In this document: piece after piece, positions 35,555 to 45,079 of the stretch
Layout of the letters: every line of letters begins with the position of its first letter
Position numbering within the stretch: the stretch's first letter is position 1
Origin: an uncultured Bdellovibrionales bacterium
Lineage (GTDB): Bacteria > Bdellovibrionota > UBA1018 > CAIPTA01
Direction of reading: 5' to 3'
Length of the DNA: 64,000 nucleotides
Assembly (NCBI GenBank): GCA_964612065.1
Contig: CAZTCD010000001.1
Coordinates: 7,013-71,012, forward strand
Position numbers and translations under genes: made by a program
Notes under the pieces: model-generated
Database searches by the model: none
Told to the model about the DNA's origin: nothing
The model's input: the letters and a program-made list of their open reading frames with translations, nothing else

Positions 35555-36975
35555 AGGAGCCCTTTCGCCCTGAGCAGTGCTTGGGCTTTTTGGTTCATGT
35601 AGAGCACGGGAATGAAATTCACGACGTTGGAGAGAATTCTGATAATGGAATTCTCCCGATCAATGAGCAAGCTCACCTTGCCTGTCCGGTCCATGATCTT
35701 CACGGGATCGCGTTCCTGAAGGAGGTTGTCCGTGGTTCGCTTTTTCACAATGTCGCTCATGGAGCGCGAGAAAACGATATCGGAGTGGGGGATGTCGTAG
35801 AGAATCCACTCTGTTCCATCGCCTTCCTGTTTGATGCAATCCTGGAATTTATGAACCAGCTCTTCGATTCGCTTAACTATATTTTCTCGCTCCCGAATGC
35901 CAGCTTCGTCGCGAGCAACCAGCTTGTGCTCGAATGGTGGCAAAAGATACTCCACCGGGCTTTGCCGGAAGAGGAGCATCTTGATCATCTCAGCAATCTT
36001 TTTGTCCTTCACTGTGCCTTCGAGATGCGCCTGATGCACGGTGTTCATGAAATAAAAATCATTGAAACCGAAGAATCTCTCTGGATCATTCTCCACCATT
36101 CCGAGTACGTCCTGGAACTGGTGGATCATTCTTTTTTCCAAGAAATGTTTTGTTATGGTTTCGGCCAGAATGTCGTACTTGGCCCCGCCGGAATTCCGGA
36201 TCACCTGGGAGTACCAGGCGAATCTGGCGATTAGAAAGTCTTCAACGGAGTGCAGGGCATTGTCCTTGATGGCAAGCCCGGGGCGTCCGTCCCCGGTATC
36301 GAACGTGGTCATATGGTAGAGGATGAACTCTCTGTCGAACTGGCCATACTTCAGGCCGGTGTAGTGAGCATCGCGCATTAGATAATCCATCCGGTCGCAG
36401 TCCACTTCGGAATGAAGAATCTGGTTGCCGAGAATATTGGGATTCGTTCCTTTTACGTATCTTGAAATTTCCTGGGTATCGATCCCGTCTTCGTGGAGAA
36501 TTCTGGTGATTCCGTTTTCATAATCAGTGTTTTTAAGGATGTATGCACCGAGATGCTCGTGGTTGTTAGGCAGGGGCTTTCCGCGCTCGCCCTTTTTGAA
36601 AGAGGAGTCTCCGTGCTCTATATATGCCCCTTCACAAGTATGAGAGAAGGGAAAGGTGCCAATATCGTGAAGTAGAGCGGATATCCGCATACTCTTGTGA
36701 AAAAGAGTGGCCGGATCGGTGGCGGAAACGTCATAAAGTTTCTCATCTGGAACTGCTTTTCCAATCGCGCGGCAGATTTGATCTGCCATGTGCATCACGC
36801 CCAGGGCATGGGCGTATCTATTATGTTCGGCACCAGGGAATACATAGTTTGAGAATCCCAGCTGCCTGATCCAGCGCAGGCGGAGATAGAAGGGGGAATG
36901 AATGATGCGGTATTCAGTTTCTGTTAGCCGAATGAACCCATATAAGGGATCGTAAACGATTTTTCCTTGTTTCAT
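35551..36975 (-). CDS. HD-domain phosphohydrolase, dNTP triphosphohydrolase-like (COG1078/SAMHD1-type)
   Basis: NRYAHALGVMHMA is the family RxxHSLgV motif. LLHDIGTFPFSH is the metal-binding HD motif. DCDRMDYLMRD is the family D..D..R region. The 474-aa length is typical for the family. Confidence 0.7.
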   Translation of the reverse strand: MKQGKIVYDPLYGFIRLTETEYRIIHSPFYLRLRWIRQLGFSNYVFPGAEHNRYAHALGVMHMADQICRAIGKAVPDEKLYDVSATDPATLFHKSMRISALLHDIGTFPFSHTCEGAYIEHGDSSFKKGERGKPLPNNHEHLGAYILKNTDYENGITRILHEDGIDTQEISRYVKGTNPNILGNQILHSEVDCDRMDYLMRDAHYTGLKYGQFDREFILYHMTTFDTGDGRPGLAIKDNALHSVEDFLIARFAWYSQVIRNSGGAKYDILAETITKHFLEKRMIHQFQDVLGMVENDPERFFGFNDFYFMNTVHQAHLEGTVKDKKIAEMIKMLLFRQSPVEYLLPPFEHKLVARDEAGIRERENIVKRIEELVHKFQDCIKQEGDGTEWILYDIPHSDIVFSRSMSDIVKKRTTDNLLQERDPVKIMDRTGKVSLLIDRENSIIRILSNVVNFIPVLYMNQKAQALLRAKGLL

Positions 36976-37176
36976 CCTGAAACACCTTATGTTGGACTAG
37001 TGGCCTACAGGCGCTTGCCTAATCTCTAATTATAGAGTTCTTGCCATGGTTCCGAAACGCGCTACGGTGTTATCCGGGCGCTTTATCTTTTGGATCAGGG
37101 AGTATCGCACACTGTGTAGTGTCTCTGAATCGGATGAGACGAAAGCTGCAAATCGATGGTAGGATAGGAGACTGTT

Positions 37177-37473
37177 ATGCCTCGGAAAAAGAGTGAGCAG
37201 GACACCCTGACTACCGATTTTGAAGTGGATGGAATCGAGGAGGCGTTCAAGCCCGCCCCATCCCATAAAGTTCGAAAACCAGGAGAGTCATTCAAGCTGG
37301 AGTTACCCAGTTTGGAGGTGGAAACTCCACCTGAGCTAAAAGAGAAAAAAGATCCTGAAGCTAAAATATGGATTTTGGAGCGCCGGGCTCGTGGACTTCT
37401 CGCTTCAGCCCGCCGCTGGCTGGTGGAAATGGATAAAAAGCAAAAAACGCCAAAGCGGAAAAGACGGAAGTGA
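37177..37473 (+). CDS. hypothetical small basic protein
   Basis: The 98-aa ORF has a Lys/Arg-rich C-terminus (KKQKTPKRKRRK). It has no recognisable family. Confidence 0.35.
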   Translation: MPRKKSEQDTLTTDFEVDGIEEAFKPAPSHKVRKPGESFKLELPSLEVETPPELKEKKDPEAKIWILERRARGLLASARRWLVEMDKKQKTPKRKRRK

Positions 37474-37499
37474 AACCGGTGGCGCGGTAAGGTACTGGA

Positions 37500-37889
37500 C
37501 TAAAGATCAATACGCTTTAGGATTGTTACCCCAAAGGCCGCCCATGCAGTGAGAATGCAGGCAAGGGCTACTGAGAATAGAAAAAGCTTGAGCGAGGCAC
37601 CCAGTTCAAGGCCGGCAGCACCCAAAATCATGGCCGTGATGTAGGTGGAAAAGGCGGCCACCAGAAGTCTCAATGATTCGTTCATTTCCGGAAGGGGGAT
37701 TTCGATTTGCCGAAGCACTCCGATAATAATGAAGACGAACGCGGAGCAAAGATTGAACTGAAGGAGGATGTCCCATACGGGAACGGTTAGCTCTTCCAAT
37801 CCATCTGGCGAACCTAGTGTGGCGGTAAGTGCAGTAAGGAGGGCCATTGCTAACCCAAGCCAAAGATAGCGATCCTTGATAATCGGCAT
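37500..37889 (-). CDS. hypothetical membrane protein
   Basis: The 129-aa ORF contains 3-4 predicted TM helices. Confidence 0.4.
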   Translation of the reverse strand: MPIIKDRYLWLGLAMALLTALTATLGSPDGLEELTVPVWDILLQFNLCSAFVFIIIGVLRQIEIPLPEMNESLRLLVAAFSTYITAMILGAAGLELGASLKLFLFSVALACILTAWAAFGVTILKRIDL

Positions 37890-38013
37890 GAAACCATTAT
37901 GGAAGCCGAAAACATTCAGTGCAATGGCCCTTTGCTGAAACCTGTTGAACGGTACCTGCTAACCGTTATGCACGTATCGAGAGAGCCGCATCTATCCGCT
38001 AACGAAGGCCTAC

Positions 38014-39773
38014 TTACGTTTTGGCAAGTGGTTCATTGAGTTTCGAGAAAAGTTCGAGAATATGCTCTGGCGACATATTCACCGAGGTTTTTTCTCCATA
38101 TTTTCTAGCGTAGAAAACTCCAGCAGCGATGTCTCGATCCCCTGCTGCAAGCATATAAGGGATCTTTTGGATTTGGGCCTCCCGAGTTTTCGCTCCCATC
38201 GTGTTATTGGATGTATCTACATCCACCCTTAGCCCGATGGATTTTAATTTTTCGGCCATATTTTTGCAGTACTCTACATGAGAGTCATTTATGGGAACAA
38301 AGCGAGCTTGAATCGGGGAGCACCAGAACGGGAGGGCTCCAGCGGTATGTTCGATCAGAATTCCCATGAATCGTTCAAGGGAACCGAGTACTGCACGGTG
38401 AATTACCACTGGTTGCTGGCGCGAATTGTCCGCCGCAACGTATTCCAAATTGAAGCGAGCAGGAAGCTGGTAATCAAGTTGGATAGTGGATAGCTGGAAG
38501 TAGCGTCCAATGGCGTCTTTGACATTGAAGTCGATTTTGGGCCCGTAAAAGGCACCGTCGTTCGCGTTGATCTTATAGGGGAGATTGTTTACTTTAATGG
38601 CACTTTCCAGTGCTGCTTCGGCTCTATCCCAGAGCTCGTCGGAACCGAGTCGCTTTTCAGGGCGGGTGCTCAAGTATACAAGAGGGTCCGATAAGCCGAA
38701 CACATCGTACACTTCCCGGATCATGCGGATTACGTTAGCCACTTCTTCCGCGATTTGATCTTCTCTTACGAAGATATGAGCGTCATCCTGGCAGAAGCTC
38801 CGCACGCGGGTTAGTCCGGCGGTTACTCCAGAGCGCTCGTAACGATGGAGTCTTCCGAAATCGGCCATGCGAATCGGAAGTTCCCTGTAAGAATGCTGTT
38901 TGGTACCGAAGATCAGCATATGGCAGGGGCAGTTCATTGGTTTTACGGCTACGTCCACTTCGTCCTGCTTGGAGAAGTACATGTTTTCTTTGTAGTTCGC
39001 GTAGTGCCCCGAGGTGTGCCAGAGATCCACGTTTAGAACCTGGGGTGTAATTACCTCTTCGTATCCGTACTTCGTATACAGACGGCGCATGAGGTTAGTG
39101 AGTTGGTTGTAAACCACGGCGCCTTTGGCATGAAAAAAGGGCATCGCCGGAGCTTCCGAATGAAAGCTGAACAGCTCAAGTTCTTTTCCGAGTTTTCGAT
39201 GGTCGCGCTTCTTAGCCTCTTCCATCATTTTTTCGTAGGCTTCTAGTTCATCTTTGGTTTCAAAGCAGAGGCCATAGATACGCGTGAGCATCGCGTTTTT
39301 TTCATTTCCCCGCCAATAAGCGCCCGCCATATGGGTGAGCTTGAATGCCTTGATGTCCCTTGTGGATGCTACGTGCGGTCCTTGGCACATATCGGTGAAT
39401 TCACCTTCAGTGTAGGTGCCAACTTGTTGCAGATTCAGGTCACGAATCAGCTCGAGTTTGAAGTGCTGGCCTTTGTCGCCAAAAAAACGAATCGCCTCTT
39501 CGCGGCTCATCACCCGTTGTTCGAATCTTCGGCCCTCCTTCACGATTTTTTTCATCTCGGCTTCGATCTTCGGAAGAATGCTTTCGTCAACCGGTTGAGG
39601 AAATTTGACGTCATAATAAAAACCATTGTCGATATCAGGGCCAACACCGAATTCTGAGCCCGGAAACAAGCGGGTGATAGCATGGGCCATTACGTGCGAG
39701 CAGGAGTGACGCATGGTTTGCAAGGGGGATAGTTTGGGGGTTTCTAGCAGCTCAGAAAGTTCTTTTTCCATAG
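38014..39773 (-). CDS. thrS: threonine--tRNA ligase
   Basis: The editing-domain motif is RHSCSHVMAHAI. The class II catalytic core has FGRLHRYERSGVTAGLTRVRSF. The C-terminal anticodon-binding domain is present. The start is set at MEKELSEL, giving 586 aa. No TGS domain is visible. Confidence 0.85.
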
Positions 39774-39980
39774 GCCAGGGAGTGTAACATCTCGCACTTC
39801 TGGATGAAATTCCTAAGCTATGCAACTCGGGGGATGGAGAACGGGCGTGAGACTGGTGATGTGTCGAGGGCATTTGGAACACGCCGAAATCCAATAATCC
39901 CCAGTTTTCAAATGGGAATCTGGCTCGGGTATCTATCGGGAAAACCCTACTGCGCGCCGAGTTAATCCGAAGATGCGCGA

Positions 39981-40526
39981 CTAAGCGGCCTTCTTTTCTT
40001 CTATTTGCGGCGCTGAAAGCTCCGGCACTAATGGTTTGGAACCTGCCCAGGATCCTAATGTGCGTAAGAAGTCTTCTTTGCCGCTAGGAAGAGCACTTAC
40101 GGGGAGATCAAATTTAGGGAATCCGAAAAACATATACCGAAAGAGCTGTGAGGGGTTTCTTTTGGTTTCGAAGTAGTAGATTTCAGAATGTAGTCCCTTA
40201 AATAAGCGAAGAGACAAAACGTCCTTCCAGGGAATTACTTCCGGTTGAAGCCAGGCTCCAAAATGGGTCACGCCATTCTCATTGAACTTTGCGAGAAGGT
40301 TGCCGTTCGAGTCGAGCCAAGCCGATACTCGAGCCTGCCTCCAGGCATCACAAAGCATAAAGATGCTGAACCAGAAGCAGAGCCCGCTCATGAAGGCGGA
40401 TGATGCTCGGTGAGAGAAGTAAGCGAAACCCACACCGAGAACCCAAAGTGCCGCGCTGTTGCTGATATAATGCGCGGATTCTTTCTCGTTAAGGCGGCAC
40501 TCGATTTCATTGCTGGAAGATTTCAT
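39981..40526 (-). CDS. hypothetical membrane protein
   Basis: The 181-aa ORF contains two or three TM helices. Confidence 0.4.
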   Translation of the reverse strand: MKSSSNEIECRLNEKESAHYISNSAALWVLGVGFAYFSHRASSAFMSGLCFWFSIFMLCDAWRQARVSAWLDSNGNLLAKFNENGVTHFGAWLQPEVIPWKDVLSLRLFKGLHSEIYYFETKRNPSQLFRYMFFGFPKFDLPVSALPSGKEDFLRTLGSWAGSKPLVPELSAPQIEEKKAA

Positions 40527-40596
40527 ATTATTCGTATCGGCTCTTGCCGCTTAACGCTTTACGGAGATTCGGGAAAACCCGGTTTTCAAAGGCTGA

Positions 40597-40968
40597 CTAG
40601 AAAGTTTTTCCGGTTTTCCTGGTTTTCCGAGTCTTAGGGTTCCATTGGAAGCTATCGAGATCGATGTGGCCGATATCTGACACCTGCACTCCTTCGCCGG
40701 TGAGCAGTCGCTTCTGCTTCAAAAATCCAGTTGAAGCCCAGGGAATGGAAATGGAGCCTTTCGAGTTGATCACCCGGTGCCAGGGCAGGCCGTACTTGGC
40801 GGAGCAAGAGGAAAGAACCCATAGTACACCCCGGGACCCATGTGGTTTTCCTGCCAGTGAGGCTATCTGGCCGTACGTGGCTACTCTTCCCATGGGAATT
40901 CGTTTTAGCCACCTGATCACTTGAAGCGAAAAAGGAGAGAGTGCCTTAGTGGTCTTATTGCCTCTCAA
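40597..40968 (-). CDS. atl: alkyltransferase-like protein (Ogt/MGMT DNA-binding domain with Trp in place of the active-site Cys)
   Basis: IPMGRVATYGQIASLAG...GLPWHRVINSKG shows PWHRV where methyltransferases have PCHRV. It is 123 aa and lacks the N-terminal MGMT domain. Confidence 0.7.
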   Translation of the reverse strand: MRGNKTTKALSPFSLQVIRWLKRIPMGRVATYGQIASLAGKPHGSRGVLWVLSSCSAKYGLPWHRVINSKGSISIPWASTGFLKQKRLLTGEGVQVSDIGHIDLDSFQWNPKTRKTRKTGKTF

Positions 40969-41506
40969 TTCTTCTCTCCATTACCCACCCATCCCTTTTT
41001 CCAGGATAGTATCTTGGCAGCCTGGCGGTTGCTCGAAAGCCCTGCTTTAGATAGAGGGCCAAAGCCGCAATATTATCCTGGGGCACATGCAATCGAATAG
41101 CGCGCTTTTTTCTATGCTGAGCAAGACGCAAGAGACGCTTCATTAGCAGGCTCCCGACTCCACGATTTCGTTTGTTTTGAGCTACGGCAAGGTCATAGAT
41201 AACCATCAATTTCGGCTCTATCAGAGAGTAATGAGCGAAACCTGCCACTTGATTGTCTTTGGAAAGTGCCACCAACAGTTCACCCAGATCACCGGTGCTT
41301 TCCAAAATTTTTGTGAATCCGCTGAGCGAGGTCACCAATTTTGAGTCATAGGATTGCTCTTCAATCCTGGAGATATCGGGCAGATGCTCATAGAGTGCTT
41401 CTGCTGTTTTCACGATATCACCCGATAACGTCGAATTGCCTCTTGATCCCCGTTGCCCCAGACTTTGTCTTTCAAGCTTCCTCCAGCATGCTCGATTATC
41501 CGCCAC
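40955..41506 (-). CDS. GNAT family N-acetyltransferase
   Basis: The acetyl-CoA binding motif is VAQNKRNRGVGSLLMKRLLRLAQ. Its 3' end overlaps the atl start by 14 nt. Confidence 0.7.
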   Translation of the reverse strand: MADNRACWRKLERQSLGQRGSRGNSTLSGDIVKTAEALYEHLPDISRIEEQSYDSKLVTSLSGFTKILESTGDLGELLVALSKDNQVAGFAHYSLIEPKLMVIYDLAVAQNKRNRGVGSLLMKRLLRLAQHRKKRAIRLHVPQDNIAALALYLKQGFRATARLPRYYPGKRDGWVMERRIERQ

Positions 41507-41579
41507 GAGGGGAGCATTCGAGTCGCCACCTCATGTCCAATATGCCCACCATCGATGGCGGAGATTTTCATGGCCCCCA

Positions 41580-42365
41580 TTACCATTCTCTTTGATAAAC
41601 GCTGACGCATGCCGGGTGCGGCAGCGGATAAAAGTCACAATCAAGGTGTGCTCTCTCCAAAAGTAATAAGCCGCTGTCGTGTCGGGCTTTGTCAAATTCC
41701 TCTTCTTCCCATGCCCCCTGATGGACCAATACCAATAAGGCACCCGGTTTCATGTTCCTGCGAAAGCTCAAGATCCACGGTTTCGGGTTTCCGAAATAAG
41801 AAGGCAGCCCCCACGCTAACGCCGGATTAATGCTGACAAACGGATAGAAACAGCAAATCAGGTCGACCGGATCGTTCCATAGAAAATAGTCCCCTTCTAC
41901 GTACCTGTCTGCTGCATTTACCAGGTTCAAGTAATACTTTGCCTTGTCCCAGCGTGAGTGGAAGCCGTGTAATAGGGGAAACGGATCGACCTCGATTCCT
42001 GTGATGCGCGTGTTTGCGTAAAAATTTCTGAAGAATAGCCGCAAGCTCGGGATCCGGGCGAAGTCTTGGCAGCCGGGTTCGGCAATTTCTAGTTCGAGAA
42101 GATCAGTTCTCAGGTGGGGCGCTACCAAGCGGTCGAGCACCCAAAGGGTCCATAAATTTTTTTTATATACTTCAGGGCTAAGCCTCGCAGCAAAAGATCC
42201 CAGCCCATACTTTTTCTCGAGGTTTGCCTCCGTATCGGTCCGCAAAGAGCCGTTATCACCCGATTCAAGGTAACCTTCGCGGCGAAAACGAAAGTGTGTC
42301 CGAATGGTCCAGAAAATGTGATTTCTGGCGGACAGCAGCCTTTCGGTGAGGGGGAGGCGGTGCAT
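41580..42365 (-). CDS. hypothetical protein
   Basis: The 261-aa ORF is transcribed divergently from the acyl-ligase fusion gene. It has no recognisable motif. Confidence 0.4.
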   Translation of the reverse strand: MHRLPLTERLLSARNHIFWTIRTHFRFRREGYLESGDNGSLRTDTEANLEKKYGLGSFAARLSPEVYKKNLWTLWVLDRLVAPHLRTDLLELEIAEPGCQDFARIPSLRLFFRNFYANTRITGIEVDPFPLLHGFHSRWDKAKYYLNLVNAADRYVEGDYFLWNDPVDLICCFYPFVSINPALAWGLPSYFGNPKPWILSFRRNMKPGALLVLVHQGAWEEEEFDKARHDSGLLLLERAHLDCDFYPLPHPACVSVYQREW

Positions 42366-42406
42366 AGATTTTCCTATATTGATAATCTATCCTGAATTCT
42401 CTCCAT

Positions 42407-45052
42407 ATGAGCAGTCTACATAATACAATCTTTTCACTTTACCAACAGCGCGGGAGCGGGACCGCCTTCAAGCTGCAGCTCGAAGCGGGGGGATACCGGA
42501 AAGTATCGTTCGCCGATGCCAGACTGTTGTCTCTTAAGTTGAGTGCTTATTTGCGCTCCAAGGGGGTGGTTGCAGGGGATAAAGTAATGATCGTTTCGGA
42601 AAACGCTCCGGAATGGCCGGTCGCCGCGCTCGCCGTACTGAATTTACGGGCTGTCCTGGTTCCAGTAGCCGCCATAGGCTCTAATTTCGAAATCGAGAAC
42701 GTGTTCCGGGCTGCTGCTCCGAAGTTTTGTATTTACTCTCAGGAAATCTCGGGAGCGCGACACCTGGGTGAATTGCTAAAGGCAGAGAACACGGGTTCGA
42801 TTTGTTGGAGAACCCAGGACGATGACCCGATCGGGCGCTGGGTGGAATCACAGGATCCCGATCAAGTGGACCAATCTTCAGGGGACAACGATCCGGCTCT
42901 TCTTATCTTTACTTCTGGTACAACCGGCAATCCGAAAGGAGTGCCGATTACTCACGGAAATATTCTTTCCAATGCGAGAGCTGTTGTCGGTACCTTGAGC
43001 GTTTCGGAGTATGATCGTGTGGTCTCTGTTCTGCCTTTGTCCCATATGCTCGAGTTCACCGGGGGATATGTTTTAACTTCTCTGATCGGTGCCGAAGTTA
43101 CTTACATAAAAAGCCTGAAGCCGGAAGACCTTATTCAGGCTCTTCGAGACTCCAAGGCCACTGTATTGATCGCGGTTCCGCTTCTATTTGAGGTTATTTC
43201 CCGAAATTTACAGGCAAAACTGAACAATCTGTCTGGCCCTCTTAAAAGAATGTTTTCACTTTTCTCAGTTTGGACCATGTCGTTCCCTGCTCTCGGGAAA
43301 GTGCTGTTTTATCCGATTCATGCGAAATTGGGAGGAAGCATTCGCTTTCTTGTGGCAGGCGGGGCACGCCTGCAGCCTCAGACTTTTGATTACTTCAGAG
43401 GTCTTGGGATTACCATTCTCCAAGGGTACGGGCTTACGGAAACCTCGCCGGTCCTTACATTTACAACGATGGAAACAGCCGCCCCTGATCATGTGGGTGC
43501 GCCAGTTCCTGGAGTAGAGATCGGAATTTTCGATTCGAGTGGCAACAGGTTGGATAATGGCCAAGAGGGCGAGATCTGGGCCAAGGGTCCAAGTGTTTTT
43601 TCCGGCTACCTGAATTCCGAACAGAATATGGAAACGTTTTCGAACGGATGGTTTCGCACCGGCGATCTGGGCACGCTGGATGCTTCTAATCTTCTTAGAA
43701 TTACTGGGCGGAAGAAGGACATTATCGTTACTGCTGCAGGAAAGAACGTCTATCCGGATGAGATTGAAGGTCTGGTGATGGCCTCCGGAAGTTTTTTGGA
43801 AGTGGCCGCAATGGGAATTAATGATTCTTCGGGGCATGAAAAGATCGTTTTGGTAGTTGTCCCGGACAAGACTCGTTTTCTGGGCTTGGCCCAGGCAGAA
43901 GTCTCTAGAGAATGCGAAAAATTAGCTCTCGAAAGCACCAAGTCACTGGCGGAATACAAATGGCCTCAACGAGTGGAGGTTCTCTTTGAAGACCTTCCTA
44001 AGACCAGTACCCGGAAAGTAAAAAAGCACGAGCTTAAGAAGAGGTTGGAACGACTAAAGGAAAATAGTACCACTGCACCCGCTGAAGGCGGAGAAGCGCT
44101 GAATCTGAAGAATGCGCTTGAGCTGGCGATAGCAAACGGTATTTCGGAAATCACCAAAGTCGAACCGGCCAATATTCGCTTAGAGCACTCCCTCTCAAAG
44201 GATCTCGGGCTGGACTCCCTTACCTTTGTTGAACTCGTGGGAGAGGTGGAGAAAAAGTTCAATGCGAGAATAGAGGGGGTAGATTTTTCAGCAATAGTAA
44301 CTGTGAAGGATTTGGTGAGTGCTTTACAGTTCACCTCGATGGATAAGACCGGGGCTTCTATTTTTAATAAGGTTTTTTTCGCCGATTTCAGACCAATCGA
44401 AAATCAAGGTTTTATATGGGCAGTGGTACGGGGGGCTTTCAATCGATTGGTCCGAGTACTTCTAAGATATAGGTACGATATAGAGGTTGAGGGAGTGGAA
44501 AATTTGGAGGGGGATGGCCCATTCATTTTTACTCCCAATCACTCTAGCCATTTCGATTTGCTGTCCATTGCCGGTTCTATTCCGGCGCGAATGATCCATC
44601 GGACATTTGCGGTTGCAGCCAAGGACTATTTTTTTAATGGCACATTGAAATCACTTGGAGCCCGTGCATTCGTTAATGCGATTCCTTTTGACCGAAAAGG
44701 GAGAGTGAATGAAAGCATGCAAGCCTGCCGAGAAGCCATAGATCAGGGAAACAGCCTGGTGATATTCCCTGAAGGCACGAGATCTCCCAATGGCAGCGTT
44801 CAAGAGTTTAAATCGGGAGTGGGACAGCTATTGGCAGGCCATCCCGAAGTTAAGGCTGTGCCTGTATATATCGAGGGTGCTTATCAGATTATGCCGAAAG
44901 GGGCTAGCCTGCCGGGTTCGGGCAAACTCCGTGTGAGGTATGGACGACCGATATCATTTAGGGATATGAGTTCCGAGGCGGAAAGCCTGAAGCGGATTTC
45001 CGAGAGGCTTCGTGCTGAGGTGCTTGATCTCGTGTACGGAAGACTTAATTGA
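42407..45052 (+). CDS. tri-domain fusion: acyl-AMP/CoA ligase, phosphopantetheine carrier domain and PlsC-type lysophospholipid acyltransferase
   Basis: The AMP-binding motif is LIFTSGTTGNPKGV. The carrier domain is GLDSLTFVELVGEVE (DSL). The acyltransferase motifs are NHSSHFD and FPEGTRSPNG. Size is 881 aa. Confidence 0.75.
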   Translation: MSSLHNTIFSLYQQRGSGTAFKLQLEAGGYRKVSFADARLLSLKLSAYLRSKGVVAGDKVMIVSENAPEWPVAALAVLNLRAVLVPVAAIGSNFEIENVFRAAAPKFCIYSQEISGARHLGELLKAENTGSICWRTQDDDPIGRWVESQDPDQVDQSSGDNDPALLIFTSGTTGNPKGVPITHGNILSNARAVVGTLSVSEYDRVVSVLPLSHMLEFTGGYVLTSLIGAEVTYIKSLKPEDLIQALRDSKATVLIAVPLLFEVISRNLQAKLNNLSGPLKRMFSLFSVWTMSFPALGKVLFYPIHAKLGGSIRFLVAGGARLQPQTFDYFRGLGITILQGYGLTETSPVLTFTTMETAAPDHVGAPVPGVEIGIFDSSGNRLDNGQEGEIWAKGPSVFSGYLNSEQNMETFSNGWFRTGDLGTLDASNLLRITGRKKDIIVTAAGKNVYPDEIEGLVMASGSFLEVAAMGINDSSGHEKIVLVVVPDKTRFLGLAQAEVSRECEKLALESTKSLAEYKWPQRVEVLFEDLPKTSTRKVKKHELKKRLERLKENSTTAPAEGGEALNLKNALELAIANGISEITKVEPANIRLEHSLSKDLGLDSLTFVELVGEVEKKFNARIEGVDFSAIVTVKDLVSALQFTSMDKTGASIFNKVFFADFRPIENQGFIWAVVRGAFNRLVRVLLRYRYDIEVEGVENLEGDGPFIFTPNHSSHFDLLSIAGSIPARMIHRTFAVAAKDYFFNGTLKSLGARAFVNAIPFDRKGRVNESMQACREAIDQGNSLVIFPEGTRSPNGSVQEFKSGVGQLLAGHPEVKAVPVYIEGAYQIMPKGASLPGSGKLRVRYGRPISFRDMSSEAESLKRISERLRAEVLDLVYGRLN

Positions 45053-45079
45053 ATTGAACATACTAATAGGGTTGGGATT

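Noticed and set aside
39774-39894. Possible T-box or leader upstream of thrS, within the ORF's 40-codon upstream extension
   Set aside because: The region is only about 120 nt and has no recognisable specifier-loop or antiterminator/terminator alternative structure by eye. It was treated as 5' UTR and spurious in-frame extension.
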